Below, in pieces: positions 53,069 to 64,000 of a DNA stretch of 64,000 nucleotides (its first letter is position 1; each line of letters starts with the position of its first letter). A model generated the notes under the pieces. The model was not told the DNA's origin. It worked only from the letters and a program-made list of their open reading frames with translations, and made no database searches. A program made the translations under genes and the position numbers. The DNA comes from Gnetum montanum (Eukaryota; Plantae; Gnetophyta). The stretch covers positions 37,521 to 101,520 of the forward strand of contig MNCI01002917.1 of NCBI GenBank assembly GCA_015680685.1. Direction: 5' to 3'.

Positions 53069-54229
53069 CTTTTACTAACCTTGTGTTTATTTTCTTTTCT
53101 CTCATTTTAACCCTATCATGACTTACACCTCTCTGGCATTCCAATCAAGTTTTTAATTGCTTCCCCTCCATGAGTTTATCAAAATTGTCATCAACTCATG
53201 ACATAGATAAAAATAGAAGAAATAAATCTATTGAAATCTTAATATAAGTTAATTATGATCATCCTAAATCATTCTCCTCATCACGACTACCTCATAATTT
53301 TATCACATCTGATAAATACTCACATCACCATCAAAACCTAGCCATGATTACCTAGAATAGTAACAATTTACAAAACCCTTAAGGAATGCCTCATTGCAAC
53401 TCATGAGCTACTCAAGTCCTAATAAGGTAATGCTTTATTAGATTCCTAGCATGATCTAGGAACAACTTACCTTCATGACCATTTAATCAAAAATAAACAT
53501 TTGTAAGAAAAAACACAACTGTTGGTACCAAGCATTCATAATGCCTAAAATTCTATCTATGATCCCATAGAGCATCAATGAGAGCTTTGTAATCCCTAGT
53601 AGCTAATTAACATTCAATCAAATCATAACTTTTGATAATTATCAAAATTCCAAAATATGCAAATAGCACTTAACATGTAAATCCCCCCTAAATTTCAAAA
53701 TCTTGAAACAAAGTAAAGTTTGGTAAGCTTTGTGATGCTTAGATTACTAAGATTAAGATATTAAAATTAATTTATTGACTATTAAAATACAAAAATAGGT
53801 GTACACAATTAAGTATGATATAGCCCATAGTATTCTATATACATGTTATATTTGAAATATAAATAGAAAATAATGATATCAAACTATGTGTTTCTTTGTT
53901 ATATGATTGTATATTCTAACCTTGGAGAAAGATAAAAGTAGCACTTATATAGGTTAAAAGGAACAGTCATGTTAGAAGAATTGATAGACATAGTGGATAA
54001 TTAAGATTAGTTAGAAAACAAAATTATTTTTAACAAACTATAAACAATAAATTATATAATACAAAAACAGTAATACACCATGACATTATATACTAACATT
54101 TCATAGTGTAATAAAATATAGATACCAATTATCATGTTAAGCATGGTAGAATATACTAAATCTTTAATATCACTCCTAAATTTTAACAAAGAGATTAATA
54201 ATGAGAATTGAGAACTTAAGGAGGGGTAA

Positions 54230-55248
54230 CCAAGTTTCATATCCAGAATATAAACTTTGAATTACTTTGATTACACTCACAAGATACTTAGATGATAGTA
54301 TCTTATGCACCATAAGAGGTTTTCCTCTGAAAATGTATTTTCAACAATACCATAACCTTTACAAGTCTTCTATACATATGAGCTCCCTCAAGAGGTTCAT
54401 ATAACCCCTCAAGATTCTAGTTGAGTTGATCCTTAGATCCAAAAATGAAATTCAAAAATCAAATACAACTATGTATGATCTCCCATAGAGAAACACATAG
54501 CTTGTCAAGGCTAAGAAAGAATATGAGAAAGTAGACCAAGAGGATAGGAAACTTATTTTCAAATTTCTTGCTCTATGCATAGTATAACAATAATAAGAAT
54601 AAGCTCTATAGATTACTTGTATGCTTGATGTTAAATGATTGCTCTATGTCTTGATGGTTTGAACATTTATTTATGCTTCCTTTATAAAGAAAGGATCATT
54701 GGAATTTTTGTAAATGGCTAGTTAATATATAGTTAACACATATAAAGGATGTCTTCTTCATAGTTTAAGACATCTTACTAAGTTCTAGTATTTTTTTGAA
54801 AAGACATCTTCTATATGATAGAAACATCTTGTTCATGAAGCAAACATCTTCTTCTTGGTGTAGACATCTCCTACCTTTGGGTAGACTTCTATTATTAGCT
54901 TTCTTGATTCTAGAAAGATGTCTTCATCTTTGAGTATACATCTATTCAAACAAGTAGACATCTTCTTAAGGGAATATAGATCCTCTATTCTTAGAAAAAA
55001 CACTTTCAAAATGTTCCCAAAGTTAATTCTTGAAAAAAAAAATGAATGTCATTAATTTCTCATACTCATGAAGATGTTTGATCAATGCATTAGATGAAAA
55101 CAAGTTGTTTCTTCTTTAGAATTTTCCTTTTCCAATTTGTTTTGTTCTTCTCTTATTTTAATATAGAGTCTTGTAAGGTATGCTAAATATGCATACAAAC
55201 AAATATTATCTCTATTTTTTAATGTTTTGACATATCAAAATATCAACA
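54230..55248 (-). repeat. 3' LTR of the Sirevirus remnant
   Basis: Begins tgttg right after the PPT; cluster of agacatct/agatgtct words at 54745-54965 upstream of a TATA-like tttataaa at ~54681. Left end uncertain. Confidence 0.65.
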
Positions 55249-55794
55249 ATCTCTCATTTTTTGATGATGTTGAAAACTTAAAAATGGATTAGCATAGAAC
55301 TCAAGGACTGTAAGTAATTAAATCATTGAGACATAAACCTATGACATGCAAAGAATATATTTTTACGACCAAAAGATAGAGAATAAGCAAATACATAATC
55401 TAAATCATTAAATAAGTGTATGTAAGATCTAATACAACCAAATTATCTATCTCATCTAAATTAACATATGAGAACATGTAATTTTACAATAGTCATGTCT
55501 AATAAAATCATTTTACTATAAGTAGTAGTTATAAATATCAGTATGAAAGTAAAGAGAAAAAAGTAGACAATGGCTAAAATGTCTTCTTAGCATAAGATAA
55601 CCATACCTACAACATAAGAAGAGTCTAGTATTACTATATACAACTGTGACATAGTGTACAATTATCACATCATCACTATCCACAACCCACTAATATCTAT
55701 AATACACAAATGGACATATACACATAGATTTAAAACTAGGCATTCATAACAAAAACATTTTTTCCTTTTTGAATATCATCCAAAGGTGATGGTC

Positions 55795-57416
55795 AATCCT
55801 CTATCTTAGTGGCCTCATCTAAATTAGAAGTAACATGATTGGACCTGCAGGATTCCTCCTTACTATTATCAATGCTAGTACTATTATAGAAAATGTGTTC
55901 ATCATCATTTTTATCATCTATTGATATTGAAATCAAAGCACATTAAGACCTAAGCTTTACCCAAAAATGGGTGGGTGCAAGAATACTATCTATTGATATA
56001 GTATTCAAGGGTGAAGATGAAGTCCCATAACATTGATAAGTCTTTGGAACTGACTTGACTAAAAGCTTAAAGATGCCATCCATAGCGTGTTTCTCAAAGT
56101 ATTGTGGCTAATCCACTATCTAAAACCTCTTAGTGTTTCTCTATAAGGGCTCCTCCTACATATATGATGGTTGGATCTACCACTAATACTCATGCTCCTC
56201 ATCCTTCCCTTGAGCATGTGCTCCAACTCCTATAAGCTTCTCTAAGTTATTATGATTTTCAAATTCATAGGCTCTCAAAGAACTTGTTGTTGGATTAGTG
56301 GGCTCATAATCATTATCACTATTTATCTAGTAAGGAGTTAGAACATCCTTAATTCCTAGCTCATCTTCTAAAAGAGAGGAAATGAGAGTTAAGCCTTGTC
56401 AGCTTGAAATATTAGATAGATTATTCCCAATCTTCCTAGTTTCCATGGTAATTTATCATATAGCCTTCTTCAGTAATAAAGTTAGCTATTCCCTAATTTA
56501 TTTATATTGAGTAAACCATAATGGAACTATCCTAGATAAAGAAGCTTAAGATGTAGATGGTCCTACTACATTAATGTGAATAGCACCTCACTTTTCTAAA
56601 GACTTTATTAATATTCTCTTACTCTTGATGATAGAAAAATCTAGAATGACCATACAACATGTTAAAAAATGAGACTAATCAACAATGGATGTTCAAAAAT
56701 CTATGATCAATAGAACATGGTGAAAATGTTTTGATAAATGATATAGCCTAGATCGATCTTCTATCCTATAAGAATATAATATAAAATAAAGGCTTACAAA
56801 GGGATAAGATAGTCATAACTATCATCATAGATAATGATGTTTTATTATTTTATCAATACATCTTGTGATATTTTGTTTCTATATACTTGACCATTTTGTA
56901 GAAAGACTAGTCCTCCAAATAATGCATCAAAAAATTCTATATAAGTGGTAGCAATAATATCATTACTATAATTATCATCAAAAGATGTTAGTCAAAAATG
57001 AAAATATAATTACTCATAATTCTTAATAGTTCATTCATGGCTTAGGAAATAATTCTAAGAATTATTTCTTCTACCATGATAAAGAAATCCCTAGTAGATT
57101 CATTAGTGATAATAATATTATAAAATATTTCCTATATCATTATTATTGATAGCTTTATACTCATTGTTATAAACATCATCCATCCTAGACCATAAAATTA
57201 TGATAGTAACTATTCTTTATACTCTTTTCTAGAGTTAAAAATTTTTTTACAAATGATGGAAATAGTTTTGTAGTTATCAAACCTTTACTATGCATTATTG
57301 GTTTGGAATTATGAATGATATTATACCTTTTCTTCTTTACTCTATACTTTATTGTCCGTGGAACTATGCTAAGAGGAGGATGAACATCATGATGAACCCT
57401 TCCTTTGAGGAGCCAT
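55795..57416 (-). pseudogene. SIRE env-like / extra ORF (heavily decayed)
   Basis: ATG at 57416 (MAPQRKGSS), ESTRDFFIMV (LVREFY-like), acidic C-terminus; located between pol and the multiple PPT. Confidence 0.5.
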
Positions 57417-58653
57417 GGATTTAATGCTAGAAAACTCTTACAATTTTCACTAAACGAATATATTTCTAAAGTGTTTCTATAATTAGATACCTAAAAAGAA
57501 TGAGAAATGAAAAAGGTGCACTGCTAGCTTGTGCTTATTAGTACGGTTTATGGTTTCGGGTAGACATCTTTGGAAGAGAATAGAAATCTTATTCATAAAG
57601 AAAGAACATGAAGCAAATGTCTTTTAAGGGGATAGAAGTCTTGGCTAAGATGAAAGAGAACATAGGAAAGGCATCTCATGCAAGTACATGTTTTGGTTTA
57701 TAAAGCCATCTATGAATAGATGTTTTGTTTTCAAGTACATGTCTTGCTAATTCAAGGGCCAAGTTCCAAAAAGTAGTTTGAATACATCTTTTGGTTCTAG
57801 AGAGGGAAAAAGAGGGGCTAGAGAGCAAGTCAAATATAGCATTCATGGGATTAAGAATGCTTCATTCTTGTAGCTGCTATAAGAAAGATAATAAACTAAA
57901 GTATCCTAGTATAAACTAATCTAGCCTATCCTATTTAGGAGAGGTGAGAAACATATCTTACTTAAATAATAGGATAAGGTTATACTTCCATGTCTTTACA
58001 TAGTATAGTGAGTCTTCTTTTATCAAGTGGCTTTTAAATACATCCAACAATTGAGCCTCAATCCCAATGAACTCTAGTTAAACATTGCCAATTTGAACAT
58101 GATTCCTAATGAAATGATGCATGATTTCTTTGTTTTATACTTAATTCTCAAATAGGAGTTTTATCATGTTCTTGAATGATGCTTCTATCCACAACTCCAT
58201 TTTACTATGATGTCCTTGGTGTCAAAAATTAATGATAGTACTCTTTTCATTTTGCATTTTAAATTCTCCTACATGATCACTTATAATCATCTTAATTGCA
58301 TATCATTTTTTATTCTATAACTTATTACAAATCATTAAAAATTGATCAAAATCTTCATCTTTATGTGTTATAAATGAAACCAAAGTAAAATGAGAAAAAC
58401 CATTCATAGTTGTGAGATAATATTTTTTTTCTTCCAAAGCTTAGCATTTGGGAAGGTCCTACCAAGTCTAGATGGAGTAGATCCAATGAATGTAACATTG
58501 AAATGCTAATTTTATTACTAAACCTTATCCTTATTTACTTTTCTTTTTAGCATGTATCATAAGTACCCATGACAAAGTATTTTAATTTTAGTAGTACAGG
58601 TACCATATCCTTTGAAAAAAAAGTTCTTAAAATATTTATATTCACATGTCCAA

Positions 58654-61600
58654 TGGAGGAGGTTCACTCCAATAATTAAATCAACTTCAATGCACTAAAT
58701 CCAAATATAATGTAGAGATAAAATTATTTGCTAGAAAATAAGAAAACTAGCTATTTTAACCAATTTAGTAGAAGATTACAATAGGGTTCACAAAACCCAC
58801 AAGAATCCAAAACCTGTCACACTTAACCAATATTACAAAGCATGAGGCTCTACAACCATACCATGGTTGTTCTTGATGTAAGACACAATTGTTAGAAATC
58901 TTTTCTAAAACTCAAGACTAAGATCTCAACTCACAAGTAAGATAAAAGAGAATAGAACATATAGGCCAACATCCCACAAGCTGATCTTGGAGCTACAATC
59001 ACCAATTGCATTTACCTAATATGCTCGCACATTCTCTCTTGCTCAGCTCTCAACTCTTGAAAGTGTTTTCTCTCTCTTTCATGCATAGATGTACTCTCTT
59101 TTCCATTTGGCACTTCAGCACTAACAATGATGAGTTACATTAATATTTATAAGGAATCAGAAGATAAGAATCCTAGAAATATTTCCTCAACTCATGAGAG
59201 GTTCTTCAGCTATTTCCCAAGTCTTCTCATCTTCTTCTCATATGTTTCCATCTTTCTTTTGTTTCTTTCATCTTTCTTTTTCTATTTTCCAAATTTGAAT
59301 AGATGTTATTGGAAGCTTTCCTATCAAAACCACCACATTGGAGCTTTTTCCTCATCATCTAAGATGTCTTTGGCTTTGATAGAACATCTACTACAAAAAT
59401 CTAGTTCTTGACTAAGACATCTACTATTTTTTTGAGATTTCTCATCTTGTCTTAATACATCGCAATTTTTTATGAGACATCTCAGTTGAGATGTCTCACT
59501 TTTTGGTGAGATGCATCATCTGTAGGTACCAAACACAAAAATGTTGATTTTGATGCCTAGAACCTCTAGATACCTCCAAACAAGTTCCCATAGATCCTAG
59601 AACATTCTAAACTCATAAAATAAGTTCAAAACACCCCAAAACATCTAGGAATCACCATTAATAAAATCAACACAAGAAGACACACAAAAATAGGATCCAT
59701 TCATATAGGTCTTCTTCAAGCATGAAAACTACGAAAACAACTTGTAGGACAAAGAACAAGGAAATCAAAAGAGGTGTTCCTACACCAACTCTCCCATCTT
59801 TCAAAAAGTGAACTCATGTGAACAAGGAAGTATGGATTGAAGTGATCCCCTACATAACAAGTTTGGTCTCATGGATCCATACATCATCATCAACCTATTA
59901 ATCCTTCCAATGGATAAAATATTCATACCTCTTAACTCCCTGAGTGCTAGAAGATTCATTTTGCTTAAGTACAATTTCCTTCCTCTTCATTGAAGGTTTG
60001 TACTGATCAATAGTGCTCTTCAACACATCAATGCTACCATGTATGATCTCCTCATCAGCTAGTTTATGATAGTGTATAAGCTCTAAAAAATTAAACACAA
60101 AAGACATAATTACATCATTTGGTAAATCAATCTCAAAAGAATTATTGTTAATCTTAGCCTTGATTTTGAAAGCCCCATATTCTTGTCTTTCAATTTGGAG
60201 AATTTAGCATCTCTCAATGACTTCTTCATCAAGTGCACCCAAAACAAGTCACCAATAACAAAATTAGAATTTTTCTTGCCCTCATTCCTCTTAAGGACTC
60301 TTTCTTTAGCCTTCTTTTCAAGATTTGATTTTACTTGTGCATGAAGATCTCTCATCTCTTGTACAAAATAAACACTAATTTGAGCTTCACCCTCAAAGCG
60401 CTTCAAAGTATCCATACTCTTTGGAAAAAACCTTAATTCACCTCAACTAAACTTTTACCAATAGCAACATGAAAAGTCATATCATACAAAAACTTAACAT
60501 TCTTCTTCTTAGTGTTAGAAAGTCTCTTACTCATCCTTCCTCCACCATCAAAATCACAATGTATATTGCCTTTTTTCTATGCATCCATTTCACAACTAAG
60601 ACAATCAATTTTCTTATTATCAATGTCCATATTAGTATCAATAATCATCTTCTCATAGTGACTACTACTATAGCCATAATCATTAAGAAAATTACTAATA
60701 TTAGTCTTGCTCTTACCAACAATGGCATCAAAAGTTACATTGCTTTCCTTAGGCACAACATAACTTAAATTTTTTTCACAATCACTACAATGATCATGAT
60801 GCTAATCATCATAATGAAACAAATCACTAGCATGCTAAAATGAAAAACTAGAATCAAACATACTAGGTTCCACATAAGAGACATTACTACCATCTACAAG
60901 GTTAAGCTTAGAATCACTTATCTCCTCATGACTTCTCTTACCCACCTTTGGTTCAACTTGATCTTAAACATGTGGTTGTTCAATCTCATCAAAGATTGTA
61001 GCTTCAAGACCTCACATAGGAGTCTCCAACTCCAATGGTTTCTCCTCTCTGAAGGAATCATCAATAGCTTTTACAATCCATTTTGGGGGTACCAACTCAA
61101 AAATTAAATCCTTCCCCATCTCTTGAACATTAGATTCATCACCCAAAAAATCATTATTTCACATATCTTAGCTAGAAGACTCCCTTCTCTTCCATGAGAT
61201 ATCCTCATCTTGACAAAGAAACTTCTTTTCCTTACTACAAACTATAGAAAAATTGCACAAAGAATGATTATCATACCTTCTAGTGATGCTATTGTTCCTT
61301 CTTAAAGAAGTCTCTTGGTCCTTGCCACTTCTTTGGCCTTGATCTTTTACCTCCCATAATTTATGAGGTAAGAATTTCTCTTGATCAAATGCATACACCA
61401 TCTTGGATTGTAAAGATATCTTAGTCTCTTTGATGAAGCTCTTGGTTCCCTCTTTTGAATCTTTTGAGTATTGAGCACTCCCTTACTTAATAAGAGATGC
61501 TTAACAACTCCTTTTCTCATTGATCTCTACTTTACTCAACCTCTCTTCTTCTTTCTTAAACACCTTGAGAAATTTCTCCTTCAAGCCTAACACACCTTTA

Positions 61601-63110
61601 GGGAGTTTAACCTACATATCAACATGGTTAGTAGCAACTATTTTCATAACAAAAGAAAATCAAAATTGGTTTCATCAAATTCCTTAATATGATCCCTCTC
61701 TCCTAAAAGGATTAAGGAAGCATTAAGTGAGTTTTACCATCTCACTTTTTCAATTTTAATACGAATCAAATCATGGATTTCATCATTTCTAGCACACTCC
61801 ACATATTTCTAGCATTATTAAAATTAGCACCATTCTCAAAAATCCAACATCTATCAAGAATTACATCAACACAATCTATTGCAAGCACATCACACTTCAA
61901 ACATCATGAAAACTTCTAATTTTAAATTTCAAAGTATACTGTTCCCTCACCTTTTGGGAGAAATATTTGGATAGATTATTTATCAAACCTAATCTATCAA
62001 CTATCCTAGAAAAAATAATATTTTCACGGGTTTCCCCATTAATCAAAACATGAATCCATTCTTCACTAAGTAAACAACTAGCACCAATCTGAAACAAAAA
62101 TTTCCTATCAAGATGATCTTCTCTACTTACATTCTTCATGAATGCACAAGAATTTAATTTAGAAACATCCTCTATTTCTAGAGCATTAGGATTACCTCTC
62201 TGAAGAGCTTGTTTGGATGTGTCTTTTACCTCCATGATTTGTACATCCTTGGCCTTGGCTACCTTGTGAAGTGGACATTCCCATTACTTATGTCCCCATT
62301 CTCAACATTTAAAGCATTATAGTTTTGATGGGTTACCTTAGTCCTTCTTAGCTTTTCCTTCTCATCAACTCTTTTATTCTTCTTATCATGGTTGTCCTAC
62401 TTGTCTTTAGATTTCGTCTTAAATTCCTTATTAGGTCTATATCCCTTCTTCTTGCCCTTATAATTTTGTTTACTCTTATTTCCAAATCCACATAATTTCT
62501 TCCTAGCCTTAAGTGCCAAATTATAAGTCTCATCAAGTGTTTGTGAATTATAAAAAGACAACTCCTACTGATACATCATTTTGAGACATCCTAAAAAGAT
62601 TGAAGCTTATTCATACTCCTCCCAATTTACCTTAACTAGATCACAAAATTTGATGTAAGATACTATGACATCCTTGTCACCTTGCCTTGGGAATTTTAAC
62701 TTCATAATGGTTTCTTGTCTCTCACATGACTATTCAAATTTTCTTTCCAATTCATATTTTATTAGATCCCAATCTTTGAAACTTGACTATTTTAGCTTTA
62801 ATAACTCTAGGAGCTCTTTTCCCACCAAGTAGAAGTCATACCTTCTAATATGGATTTAGCAATAGGTACCCTCAAGTTATTTGGTACCTCTTACAACTAA
62901 AAATGCTTCTCAGGTGCCTTTAGCCAACTTGCAAAAGCATTAGTATCATATACACCATTAAAAGTCATATGTATGGAAGTCTTGAAGCATTTCTAAATGC
63001 TCTCGCAAGCCTTTTCTCATCTTCATTGTCAAGCTTGCTTGAAGAAGTACTCAACACTGTAAGATCCCTTGGACTTCTCATTTGAGAAATATGGTTTCCT
63101 TCTGAGCCTA
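58654..63110 (-). mobile_element. Non-autonomous derivative of the CRM-like family: gag, zinc knuckle, protease, acidic insert, INT C-terminus, chromodomain, PPT, 3' LTR
   Basis: Homologous to 48750-49830 and 51920-53068; CFKC*EWGHK*WECP; LINGETRENII; YEYFIHWKD; PPT gaaagatgggagagt (59802-59788); LTR 59787-58654 (tggtgtagg...ctcca). No RT, RH or INT core. Confidence 0.85.
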
Positions 63111-64000
63111 TTGTATTACTAGTTTAAGGCCATTCTAGGCCTATTGTATTGTTAGTTTAAGGTCATTCTAGGCCACATCGATAGGATTAATAGCTATAGT
63201 TTAAGGCCATTTCAAGCCCCAATAGTAGTTTAAGACAATTTTGGGCCCTATATGTTGCTATCTCTCTTTTTGTAATTTTGTCTTTTATAATTTTTGTGTG
63301 TTTTGATGTTTTCTATGCATTAATATAATAATTTCTAAAGGGTGAACTAAATGAGCAAATGCATAAGCTAAGCAGATGAATGTGTAAACAAAGCAAATAA
63401 ATGCATAAATAAAGCAAAATGATGCATAATATAAACAATCATGCTAAATGTAAATATGTAAATAAATGTAATGCAAGTGAAAGTTAAAAATACATGGCAC
63501 ATAGAAGCAAAGGGTAGGTAGGCAGCCAGCATGTTTTAGGCTAAGGGGGTACCTTAGTTGCTCAATTGCTTCCTAATCTGGTATGGGTTAGGAGGTGTGT
63601 AGGGCCTAGGGTGCACTATTCGATAGTCTCCTAGACCCTCACTTTCTACATTGAAGGGTAATTCTACCTAAAGGATGTTCTCTAATAAGTCACTGGCTTC
63701 TTCTATCCTTTTGGGTGGGTTTCCCTCACATGTTTCATTCTCATCCTTTGCTATAGGCATGTCATTAGGAAATTCCATCTCTGACCCTTACTCCATATCT
63801 ATGTTGTTGATGGCCAAAGGGGCTACATTATCACCGTGGATAATAACCTCACCACCTTCATATGGAAGATGGATTTCTTGGTGGATTGGAGAGGAGATGG
63901 CCTATAATTTGTCTAACGAAGGCCTGTCCAATATTAAGTTAAAGCCAAGCATTTCCTCTATGATAATGAATTCAACAATGATGGGGAATTACTCCCCTAC
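63110..64000 (-). mobile_element. Third Tat/Ogre copy: protease C-terminus and start of the PR-RT spacer
   Basis: 63510-64000 aligns to 41470-41950 (FNLILDRPSL); conserved TAA; tagtttaaggccattctaggcc repeats at 63118-63250. Runs off the window end. Confidence 0.85.

Larger units (their letters stand above)
54230..58653 (-). mobile_element. Sirevirus (SIRE)-type Ty1/copia remnant: integrase part, RNase H tail, env-like ORF, PPT, 3' LTR; RT deleted
   Basis: IGHVNINIL (GAG-pre-integrase), LDLLHLDLVGP, ISDHVGEF, then RNase H tail ending KPLDK. Minus-strand catcatcaaaaaatgagagat|tgttg at 55270-55244 matches the Sirevirus PPT/LTR junction; a second PPT-like motif lies at ~55760-55785. Confidence 0.8.

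Noticed and set aside
53070-54230. Intergenic or host-gene sequence (also 47100-47520)
   Set aside because: No coding signal; probably old TE non-coding debris, but unassignable.

Overview
AT-rich, strongly CG/CHG-depleted plant DNA made almost entirely of nested, decayed transposable elements; I found no intact host gene. From left to right: an L1-type LINE RT remnant (-); a truncated Tekay-like chromovirus (+); a possible CACTA terminal remnant; an Athila-like Ty3/gypsy element with a large extra ORF after pol (+); a Tat/Ogre-like pol plus a repeat-filled spacer (-); a near-complete ~19.5 kb Tat/Ogre-like element with two diverged LTR copies (-); a CRM-like chromovirus with both LTRs (+); an internally deleted Sirevirus-type copia with an env-like ORF (-); a non-autonomous relative of the CRM-like element (-); and a third Tat/Ogre protease fragment (-). 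The most notable system is in the Tat/Ogre family. Its protease-RT junction is a very large (~6.7 kb) intron-like spacer. In one copy this holds a multi-exon antisense gene joining an FCP1/NIF-like (HAD phosphatase-like, catalytic residues apparently missing) domain to a plant-mobile-domain-like region. In the other copy it holds a ~190-bp-period array of palindromes. A small CAGTTTAA-GGCC-N6-GGCC motif clusters at the edges of the coding blocks. All translations and domain calls were made by eye from decayed frames and need HMM confirmation; boundaries are approximate unless stated.
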